From NCBI GenBank assembly GCA_963794325.1, contig CAWCDG010000007.1, positions 288,001 to 352,000 of the forward strand: a stretch of DNA of 64,000 bases, given 5' to 3'. Under the pieces are notes generated by a model. That model was not told where the DNA came from. It did no database searches and worked only from the letters and a program-made list of their open reading frames with translations. Each line of letters starts with the position of its first letter. Within the stretch, counting starts at the first letter, position 1. Shown here piece by piece: positions 42,156 through 50,025 of this stretch. This DNA comes from an uncultured delta proteobacterium. GTDB taxonomy: Bacteria; Desulfobacterota; Binatia; Binatales; Binataceae. The position numbers were made by a program, and so were the translations under genes.

Positions 42156-42555
42156 GTTCTCTCCAGCGGAAGGCATAATCCTGAGCCTGGCCTGTCTCCC
42201 TCCGGGGACCTGGACGCCAGAGACGAATCCTGCGCCGAAGTACTTTCCGGCGCTTCTCGATACCGGCGCGAGCCACACTTGCATATCTCCAAAAGTCGCT
42301 GGTGATGTCGGTCTGCTGCCGACCGGCATGCTTCAAATGGCTTCGGCGACGCACGTAAACGTGACAGTGAACACGTATTTGATCGACGTGGGAATTGTGA
42401 TCGGCGGCGCGATTTGGTGGGATTTCACGAACCTTCTGGTCCTCGAATTCCAGCCATCGGCGGGCAGTGCTTATGAGATGTTGATTGGCAGGGACGTAAT
42501 TTGTCAGGGTGCGTTAGCTGTCAGTTTCGACGGTCACTACACGTTCTCAATCTAG
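42136..42555 (+). CDS. Retropepsin-like (clan AA) single-domain aspartic protease
   Basis: ALLDTGASHTCIS catalytic motif and MLIGRDVI C-terminal motif; 139 aa from ATG 42136. Confidence 0.9.
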   Translation: MPCLSGKFSPAEGIILSLACLPPGTWTPETNPAPKYFPALLDTGASHTCISPKVAGDVGLLPTGMLQMASATHVNVTVNTYLIDVGIVIGGAIWWDFTNLLVLEFQPSAGSAYEMLIGRDVICQGALAVSFDGHYTFSI

Positions 42556-42599
42556 CGAGAAGCAAAGGTGCGCTCTCGCCAGATGCAGAGGTAAATCCG

Positions 42600-43994
42600 A
42601 TGCTCAGTCCTTATATCGAGGCGCACGAACTGCGCGAGCTGGTGCTTAAGAAGGAAGTTAAGCTGCGCGAGGTAGCTGAGTTCTTCATCGCGCGCGTCGA
42701 GAAGCTCAACCCGAAGCTCGGTGCGTTCATGACCATTACGCCCGAACGCGCGCTGGCTGACGCCGACCGACTCGACAAGATGAGTGATGCGGAGCGGCAT
42801 CGCGCGCCGATGTTCGGGGTGCCTTACTCGATCAAGGACCTCAACTGGACCAAAGATATCCCGACTTCGATGGGATCAAAGAACTACGAGAACTTCATGC
42901 CGCCCGCGGACGAGGAGATCGTCATTCGGATGCGCAATGCGGGCGGGATTCTACTCGGCAAGACGACGACGCCGGAGTTCGGCGCGCGTCCGACGACTGA
43001 AGGCGGCCTTTGTCCGCCGGCGCGCAATCCCTGGAACCTCGAACATACGGCAGGCGGTTCGAGCGGCGGGGCGGGCAGCGCGCTCGCGGCCGGACTCGGG
43101 CCGCTGGCGCAGGGCAGCGACGGAGGAGGCTCGATTCGGATCCCGTCGGCGTGCTGCGGCGTGGTCGGAATCAAACCGTCGCGCGGGCGTATTTCGTTGT
43201 CGCCGGTCGCGGGCGAGGCGTGGGCGGGATTCGCGACGTTTGGGCCGATGGCGCGATCGGTGCGCGACGTCGCGACGATGCTCGATGTGATGCACGGGCC
43301 GGTCGTCGGCGATCCATACTGGGCGCCGAAGCCGGTTACTTCTTTCAGGGCCGCGTGCGATATTCCGCAGCGTCATCTGCGGATTGGGATGATCTCGAAA
43401 ACCTCGCTGGCGAAAGTCGATTTGGAAACGCTCGCCGCGCTCGACTCCGCGGCGAAGCTGTTCGAAGAGATGGGCCATCGCGTCGAGCCGATCAGCGCCG
43501 ATCCGGGCCGCCGCATGCGCGACATCGTGATGTCGCTGATATGCGCGGGCGTCGCGTCCACGCCGGTCAAGAACATCAACCTGGTCGATCCGGTGGTGCG
43601 CGCGCTGTGGGAAGCCGGACAGAAAATCACCGCCGTTGAGTACATTTTGAACGTCACGCAGATGCATAACATGGCGCGCGAGATTGTGCAGGAACTCGCG
43701 CCGTTCGACGCCGTCATTTCGCCGGTCACGAGCCGGCCCGCGGTGAAGCTCGGCACGTTGCCGTCGCATCCGAGCAAATACCTCAGCGAACTGCCCGAAT
43801 GGATTCCGTTCACGTTCCCGTTCAACGCGACGGGGCAGCCGGCGTTCTCGGTGCCGAATGGATTCAGCAAAGCGGGGCTGCCGCTCGCGATGCAAATCGT
43901 CGGACGGCAGGCGGACGAAGTGACGATTATCGGGCTGGCGGCGCAATTCGAGAAGGCGCGGCCGTGGCACGACAAACATCCGACGCTCGATTAG
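42600..43994 (+). CDS. Amidase signature family protein (paralog 1)
   Basis: SIKD, GKTTTPEFG, GGSSGG, GSDGGGSIRIP (Lys-cisSer-Ser triad). Confidence 0.95.
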   Translation: MLSPYIEAHELRELVLKKEVKLREVAEFFIARVEKLNPKLGAFMTITPERALADADRLDKMSDAERHRAPMFGVPYSIKDLNWTKDIPTSMGSKNYENFMPPADEEIVIRMRNAGGILLGKTTTPEFGARPTTEGGLCPPARNPWNLEHTAGGSSGGAGSALAAGLGPLAQGSDGGGSIRIPSACCGVVGIKPSRGRISLSPVAGEAWAGFATFGPMARSVRDVATMLDVMHGPVVGDPYWAPKPVTSFRAACDIPQRHLRIGMISKTSLAKVDLETLAALDSAAKLFEEMGHRVEPISADPGRRMRDIVMSLICAGVASTPVKNINLVDPVVRALWEAGQKITAVEYILNVTQMHNMAREIVQELAPFDAVISPVTSRPAVKLGTLPSHPSKYLSELPEWIPFTFPFNATGQPAFSVPNGFSKAGLPLAMQIVGRQADEVTIIGLAAQFEKARPWHDKHPTLD

Positions 43995-44006
43995 CGAGGA
44001 TACGCG

Positions 44007-45398
44007 ATGCTCAGTCCTTATATCGAAGCGCACGAGTTGCGCGAGCTGGTGCGAAAAAAAGAAATTCGGGCGCGCGAGGTTGCCGAGTTCTTTCTCGCGC
44101 GCATCGAGGCGCTGAATCCAAAGCTGGGTGCGTTCATTACGGTCACCGCCGATAGGGCGCTGGCTGATGCGGCGCGGCTCGAAGAGATAAATGCTGCAAC
44201 CGCCGCCGCGATGCCATTGTTTGGGGTTGCTTATTCACTGAAGGATTTGCTTTGGACGAAGGACATTCGCACCACCTTCGGATCGAAGAATTACGAGAAC
44301 TGGCATGCGCCTGCCGATGCGGAACTTGCGGTGCGGCTGGCGAACTCGGGCGGAATCCTGCTCGGCAAAACGTCCACGCCGGAATTTGGATTGCGGCCGA
44401 CCACCGAGGGCGGTCTGTGTCCGCCTGCGCGAAATCCGTGGAACCTCGAACATACTGCCGGCGGCTCGAGCGGTGGTTCGGCGTCTGCGGTCGCCGCGGG
44501 ATTGCATCCGGTGGCGCAGGGTAGCGATGGCGGCGGCTCGGTACGAATTCCGGCGGCGTGTTGCGGGTTGGTGGGAATCAAGCCATCGCGCGGGCGAATT
44601 ACCTTCGCGCCGTCTGCAGGCGAAGGATGGGCCGGGCTATCGACTACCGGCCCAATTGCGCGCACCGTTCGTGACGCGGCGCTGATGCTCGATGCGATGG
44701 CGGGGATGATGCCGGGAGATCCGTACGCGGCGCGGCCGCCGGCGCGTCCATTCGTCGAGGAAGTCGCTGCGCATCCGAAAACACTCCGGCTCGCGCTTAT
44801 CAATCAGAGCGCGCTCGGTTCGGTGAACGCGGAGACGCTCGCCGCACTCGAGTCCGCATGCGGCGCATTTCGCGAGATGGGGCATAGCGTCGAGCCGATC
44901 ACGCTCGATCCGGGCGCGATGCTCGGAAAATTTGCGCGTGTGATCGTCGGCGCGTCGGTCTCGGCGCTGAACATCCCGAATCCGGAGCTGCTCGATCCCG
45001 TGGTGCGTGGAAGCTACGATTGGGGCGCCAAAATTTCGGCAGCCGACTACATCCGCGCCGTCACCGGGATGCACAATACGTCGCGCGAGGTCATCCACGC
45101 GCTGATGCCGTATGACGCGCTGCTCGCCCCGACGTTGACGCGGCCCGCGGTGCGCATCGGCAGCTTGCCGTCGAATCCCGCGACTGGCGCCGACGAAATC
45201 TACGGATGGATCGCGTTCACGTTTCCCTTCAACTCGACCGGACAGCCGGCGATTTCGATTCCTAACGGATTCAGCAAGGCAGGTTTGCCGCTGGCGCTTC
45301 AAATCGTCGGACGTCCCGGGGATGAAGCAGGCATCATCGCGCTCGCTGCTGAATTCGAGCGCGCACGTCCGTGGAAGGATAAGCATCCTAAGATTTAA
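44007..45398 (+). CDS. Amidase signature family protein (paralog 2)
   Basis: SLKD, GGSSGGS, GSDGGGSVRIP; N-terminus MLSPYIEAHELRELV identical to paralog 1. Confidence 0.95.
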   Translation: MLSPYIEAHELRELVRKKEIRAREVAEFFLARIEALNPKLGAFITVTADRALADAARLEEINAATAAAMPLFGVAYSLKDLLWTKDIRTTFGSKNYENWHAPADAELAVRLANSGGILLGKTSTPEFGLRPTTEGGLCPPARNPWNLEHTAGGSSGGSASAVAAGLHPVAQGSDGGGSVRIPAACCGLVGIKPSRGRITFAPSAGEGWAGLSTTGPIARTVRDAALMLDAMAGMMPGDPYAARPPARPFVEEVAAHPKTLRLALINQSALGSVNAETLAALESACGAFREMGHSVEPITLDPGAMLGKFARVIVGASVSALNIPNPELLDPVVRGSYDWGAKISAADYIRAVTGMHNTSREVIHALMPYDALLAPTLTRPAVRIGSLPSNPATGADEIYGWIAFTFPFNSTGQPAISIPNGFSKAGLPLALQIVGRPGDEAGIIALAAEFERARPWKDKHPKI

Positions 45399-45556
45399 GC
45401 GACCTCACCCCAGTTGCTCGCGCATCAGGAGCGGGGAGCCAAAAGGTTCATTTGTACGACGAGTGCCGTTGCTTCCGGTGCGGCGCTTGAGCATCATAGC
45501 GGGCCATCGGGGCGCTGGAACTAATTAAGTGCGCTCATGATAGGGGAGGGTTCCAG

Positions 45557-46210
45557 ATGCCGCATGATGTGGTCGCGGTTCTCGATTCGATGATTGTCGA
45601 GCGGTCGCTGCTCAAGCATCCGTTCTATCAGGCCTGGACTGCGGGGACGCTGTCGGTCGAACGGCTGCAGAACTATGCAGTCGAGTACTATCCGCACGTC
45701 GCGGCCTTCCCGCGATATTTGAGCGCGATTCATTCGCGATGCATGGATATCGCGACTCGGCAGGCGATTCTCGAGAACCTGATGGAGGAGGAGCGCGGCG
45801 CCGATAACCATCCCGAGTTGTGGCTGCGCTTCGCTGAGGCGATCGGCATGCCGCGCGAGCGCGTTCTCGACTCGACTCCGTCGGCGTCGAGCGCGAGCCT
45901 GGTGCGTGAGTTCTCGAAGCTGGCCGAGAGCGGGCATGTCGCGAGCGGACTCGCCGCTCTGTATGCCTACGAATCGCAGATTCCGCCGGTGGCGACTGCA
46001 AAAATCGACGGTCTCAAGCGGTTTTATGGCGTCAACGACGAGCGCGGCCTGGCCTTCTTCACGGTGCATGAGAAAGCGGACGTATGGCACGCGCGGACCG
46101 GTGCGGAGCTGATAAGGCGGCATTGCGCCAGCGAGCGCGACCGCGATTTGGCGGTCGAGGCCGGGGATCGGGCACTCAGCGCGTTATGGTCGCTGCTCGA
46201 CGCCTGCTAA
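45557..46210 (+). CDS. CADD-family (PqqC/TenA-like) diiron protein, putative pABA synthase
   Basis: LLKHPFYQAW, ENLMEEE..NHPELW, YAYESQIP, AKIDGL, FFTVHEKADVWH. Confidence 0.88.
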   Translation: MPHDVVAVLDSMIVERSLLKHPFYQAWTAGTLSVERLQNYAVEYYPHVAAFPRYLSAIHSRCMDIATRQAILENLMEEERGADNHPELWLRFAEAIGMPRERVLDSTPSASSASLVREFSKLAESGHVASGLAALYAYESQIPPVATAKIDGLKRFYGVNDERGLAFFTVHEKADVWHARTGAELIRRHCASERDRDLAVEAGDRALSALWSLLDAC

Positions 46211-46256
46211 CGCGTGATTAGCGTACTATTCGCGCGCTTTTGCCAGCTCGGCACTA

Positions 46257-46275
46257 CTCTGGTGCAAATCTTGCT
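46257..46275 (+). promoter_or_regulatory. Sigma54-type promoter candidate (protease paralog 1)
   Basis: CTCTGGTGCAAATCTTGCT = GG-N10-GC; a related motif lies upstream of paralog 2. Confidence 0.6.
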
Positions 46276-46344
46276 GTAAAGGCGTGACTAACTGCGATTT
46301 AGAAATTTAGCGCGGGCACAGAAGGGGAGTAACGGGGAGAAAAT

Positions 46345-47475
46345 ATGACTTTTAAGACGAAGGCGGCAACTTTGGTTGCTTGCATGCTTGCGATTGGTGT
46401 TGCGTTGACGCCACAAAATGCGGGTGCCGTGCTGGATTGCAGTAGCAATCCTCAGCAAACGACACTGGCCCGGCCGATTCCGCTGGGTATTTCGGGCGGA
46501 AATATCCGTTCGATGATTATTAACAAGAAAGGAAAGGATGTCGGTTGTTTCAGTGGGACGCTGGGATCGATGGTCCAGGATTCATCGAATAACCAATATA
46601 TCCTCAGCAATAATCATGTGCTCGCGGATCAGAACATGGCTAAACCCGGACAAGCGATCGTGCAGCCCGGCCTCGCAGACCTACAGTGCCTGCAGGCGCC
46701 CAGCAACAAGGTAGCTACGTTCAGCCACAAGGTGAAACTCAAGTTCGGAAGGGGTAAGAACAACGTCGATGCCGCGATTGCGGCGGTTCAACCTGGAGAC
46801 GTAAGCTCCCAAATCCTCTTCATCGGGCCCATCTCAAGCACGGTGAATGGTAGTCCGGCGCTCGGGTTGCCGGTGCAGAAAATGGGCCGTACCAGTTGTC
46901 TCACCAACGGAGTGATTGCGACGCTGGACGTCAACCTCACTGTAGATTACTCGTTCAACCCCAAGCATCCGAAGTTGGCCAAGTTCGTCAACCAGATGAC
47001 GATAACTGGCATAAAAGGGGATTTTGGCGGACCGGGAGACTCCGGATCGCTGATCGTATCCAGAGATGCTTGCCCGCAGGCGGTTGCTCTACTGTTTGCC
47101 GGATCGGCTGACGGAACTTTCACGTTTGCAAATCCAATTTCTGAAGTGCTGAGCGGGCTGGGCGTTTCGATGGTCGGCACTTGCTCTGATGCGATCGTAT
47201 CCGAGGGAGATGGTTCAGACGTTGCGGCAGCCGCGGTGGGCATCTCGAAAGAGGTTGTTGCATCGGCGAAAGCGGTTCGCGACCGGCACGAGGATGAGCT
47301 TATGAGCATCCCGGGCGCAGTCGGCAGTGGAATCGCGGCTGGCGATCAGCCGGGTCAGGCCACGATAGTAGTTTACGTCGAGAAGCTGACGCCGCAGGTG
47401 AGCGCTGCAGCACCGAGAGACGTTGAAGGCACGCCAGTCAACTTGATCGAAAGCGGCCACATCGTCGCCTACTGA
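46345..47475 (+). CDS. Secreted trypsin-like (Nal1-like) serine protease, paralog 1
   Basis: Signal peptide; GTLG, ILSNNHVLA (His), VDAAIA (Asp), KMGRTS, PGDSGS (Ser), LLFAG. Confidence 0.88.
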   Translation: MTFKTKAATLVACMLAIGVALTPQNAGAVLDCSSNPQQTTLARPIPLGISGGNIRSMIINKKGKDVGCFSGTLGSMVQDSSNNQYILSNNHVLADQNMAKPGQAIVQPGLADLQCLQAPSNKVATFSHKVKLKFGRGKNNVDAAIAAVQPGDVSSQILFIGPISSTVNGSPALGLPVQKMGRTSCLTNGVIATLDVNLTVDYSFNPKHPKLAKFVNQMTITGIKGDFGGPGDSGSLIVSRDACPQAVALLFAGSADGTFTFANPISEVLSGLGVSMVGTCSDAIVSEGDGSDVAAAAVGISKEVVASAKAVRDRHEDELMSIPGAVGSGIAAGDQPGQATIVVYVEKLTPQVSAAAPRDVEGTPVNLIESGHIVAY

Positions 47476-47567
47476 GGTCGCGCGATCGGCTCTGATGCGG
47501 TAATCCGATCCGGGTGAACGTGCTCCGAGCGCGGCGGATCGGAGCATCGTTGCCCCAAAAAATCACT

Positions 47568-47586
47568 CTCTGGTGCTGATTTCGCT
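47568..47586 (+). promoter_or_regulatory. Sigma54-type promoter candidate (protease paralog 2)
   Basis: CTCTGGTGCTGATTTCGCT = GG-N10-GC. Confidence 0.5.
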
Positions 47587-47607
47587 CGCATGGTGTAATC
47601 CCCGGCA

Positions 47608-48738
47608 GTGCGATTTTTAAAGAAAGGGGCGATCACCACGAAGTATCGACCACGAGCGGCGGCATTTGCGGTCTGTTGGTTGGCGATCGCCGCGGCGTCG
47701 ATGCCGGCGGGCGCGTTCATCAATTGCGATCAGACTTCGACTCTAACGCGTCCAATAGACCTTGGTGTTTCGGGCGGCAATATCAAATCGTTCGGGGGGT
47801 CCGGTCGCCGCAGATTCTGCTTCAGCGGGACGCTGGGGTCGATGGTGCAGGACTCCAGCAACCTTCAATACATTCTGAGTAACAATCACGTGCTCGCGGA
47901 CATCAATAAGGCGAAGCGCGGCGAGATGATCGTGCAGCCCGGCCTGGTCGACACAGGGCCGCCTTGCACGAAGATACCGGGCGATGCGGTCGCGACGTTC
48001 AGCCGCACTGTCAAGATAAAATTCGGAGGCGGCACCAACACGATCGATGCCGCGATCGCATTGATTAAGCCGGGAGACGTGAATTCGGACATCCTCAATA
48101 TTGGTCCGATCGCGAGCTCGGTGGTTGATCCAACGCTCGGGCTGGCCGTGCAGAAAATGGGCCGTTCGACTTGCGTAACGTCGGCAACGATTTCAGCAGT
48201 GAGCATGAACGGGACAATAAACTACGGCAGTGGGAAAAAAGCGAAATTTATCAACCAGATCGTGATTGACGGAGACTTCAGCAGTCCCGGCGATTCCGGC
48301 TCGCTCATCGTGACGCAGGACGCTTGCCCGCAGGCGGTCGGCCTTCTGTTCGCGGGCGGGGTGGATAAAACCGGAACCCAGCTGACTATAGCCAATCCAA
48401 TTTCATCGGTGTTGAGCGGGCTCAAGGTCACGATGGTGGGCGGCTGCACTGCGGCGGCCGCATCAAGCGCAGCGACACCCGATGTTTTGGCCGGGGACGT
48501 GGGTATGTCGAAGGAGGCCGTCGCGTCGGCCGCCTCGGTTCGCGACCGGCATGAGGATGAGTTGATGCGCATCCCGGGCGCGGTCGGCACCGGAATCGGC
48601 GCGAGCGATCAACCGGGTCAGCCGGCGATTGTGGTCTACGTCAAGAAGCTGACGCCGGAAGTGCAAGCCGCCGCGCCGAAAGAGATGGAGGGCGTGCCGG
48701 TGAAGCTGATCGCGAACGGCGGCTTCGTCGCGTACTGA
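47608..48738 (+). CDS. Secreted trypsin-like (Nal1-like) serine protease, paralog 2
   Basis: Signal-like N-terminus; SNNHV, IDAAIA and PGDSGS triad motifs; colinear with paralog 1. Confidence 0.88.
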   Translation: MRFLKKGAITTKYRPRAAAFAVCWLAIAAASMPAGAFINCDQTSTLTRPIDLGVSGGNIKSFGGSGRRRFCFSGTLGSMVQDSSNLQYILSNNHVLADINKAKRGEMIVQPGLVDTGPPCTKIPGDAVATFSRTVKIKFGGGTNTIDAAIALIKPGDVNSDILNIGPIASSVVDPTLGLAVQKMGRSTCVTSATISAVSMNGTINYGSGKKAKFINQIVIDGDFSSPGDSGSLIVTQDACPQAVGLLFAGGVDKTGTQLTIANPISSVLSGLKVTMVGGCTAAAASSAATPDVLAGDVGMSKEAVASAASVRDRHEDELMRIPGAVGTGIGASDQPGQPAIVVYVKKLTPEVQAAAPKEMEGVPVKLIANGGFVAY

Positions 48739-48750
48739 GATCGATCGCGT

Positions 48751-49806
48751 TCAGGGCCGCGCTTCGAGGACCAGGTTGAAAGGCGTCGCGGTCGCGCGGC
48801 GGACTCTGGTGAAACCGCCGGCGGTCAGGACCTCGAGGAGGCGTGCTTCTCCCGCTTGTGTGCCGAGGCCTTTGCCTACTTCCTGTGACAGCGAAGCCGG
48901 AACGCAGATCATCGTCGATGCGGCGTAGAATACGCGGCCGATCGGATTGAGGTTGTCCTCGAGGCGGTCGTTGCCGAAGGGCTCGACTACCATCCAGGTT
49001 CCATCTTTGGCGAGCGTGCTTCTCACGTGCGCGGCTGCGCCGACTGGATCGCCCATGTCGTGCAGGCAGTCGAAGAACGCGACCAGGTCGAAGGTCCCGG
49101 GATAGTCTTTGGACGAGGCGCGCTCGAAGGTGGCGCGATCGGCGACGCCTGCCTCGCGCGCTGCTTCGCGGGCGCGGTCGATCGACGGCTGATGATAGTC
49201 GAAGCCGAAGAATTTCGATTTCGGGAAAGCTTTCGCCATCAGGATTACCGAAGCGCCGTGGCCGCATCCGACGTCCGCGACGCGCGCGCCGCGGACGAGT
49301 TTTTCGCGGACGCCGTCGAGCGCGGGAATCCACTCGGAGACCAGATGCATCGCGTAGCTGGGGCGGAAGAAGCGTTCGGTGCCACTGAACAAGCATGCGT
49401 CGTGCTCATGCCATCCGACGCCGCCGCCGTTTCGAAACGCGTTGGCGACTTTGGGCTCATCGCGCAGCGTGGCGGCGACAATCTCGTACATCGCGGGGAA
49501 GAACGCCGGGCCGCTTTCGTCGGCGAGCAGCAGTGCCTGCTCGGGCGACATCGAAAAGCGCCCGGAACTGGCGTCGTAGTTGATGTAACCGGCGGCGGCC
49601 TGGCCGGCGGCCCATTCGCGCACGTAGCGCTCGACGGTGCCGGTCTTCGATGCGAGTTCGGCGGGGTTCATCGGACCCTCGGCGGCGAGGGTTTTGTAAA
49701 ATCCAAACTTGTCGCCGAGCAGCACCAGCGCCGAGCCCATCGCAGCACCGACGTCGCCGAACATTCTGCCCATCAGTTCCTGGAGCTTGTTGTCGTCAAT
49801 AGCCAT
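48751..49806 (-). CDS. Class I SAM-dependent methyltransferase with N-terminal wHTH (Rv2258c-like)
   Basis: ERYVREW, VADVGCGHG, FDCLHDMGDP, LGTQAGE. Confidence 0.92.
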   Translation of the reverse strand: MAIDDNKLQELMGRMFGDVGAAMGSALVLLGDKFGFYKTLAAEGPMNPAELASKTGTVERYVREWAAGQAAAGYINYDASSGRFSMSPEQALLLADESGPAFFPAMYEIVAATLRDEPKVANAFRNGGGVGWHEHDACLFSGTERFFRPSYAMHLVSEWIPALDGVREKLVRGARVADVGCGHGASVILMAKAFPKSKFFGFDYHQPSIDRAREAAREAGVADRATFERASSKDYPGTFDLVAFFDCLHDMGDPVGAAAHVRSTLAKDGTWMVVEPFGNDRLEDNLNPIGRVFYAASTMICVPASLSQEVGKGLGTQAGEARLLEVLTAGGFTRVRRATATPFNLVLEARP

Positions 49807-49894
49807 CGTTTTTTCAGTATTAAGGCCGCGCTCCGTTGTCGCGCGCGGATCGATCTTTAGGCCGCGGGCGCGACTACGTCAATGCGGTCTTTAT

Positions 49895-50002
49895 AGTGGG
49901 GCGGGCCGCCGTGCCCGCCATCGATGCGTGGGCGTCCGCGCCCACGCTTACCGACGATTGACTCACCTTGAGGAGAGGGCGGGCACATAGGCCCATGCCA
50001 CT
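49895..50002. repeat. REPIN-like inverted REP doublet
   Basis: agtggggcgggccgccgtgcccgcc ... ggcgggcacataggcccatgccact, with an internal gcgtgggcg/cgcccacgc hairpin. Confidence 0.65.
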
Positions 50003-50025
50003 GGTCATCGCAACAGACTAGCTTC

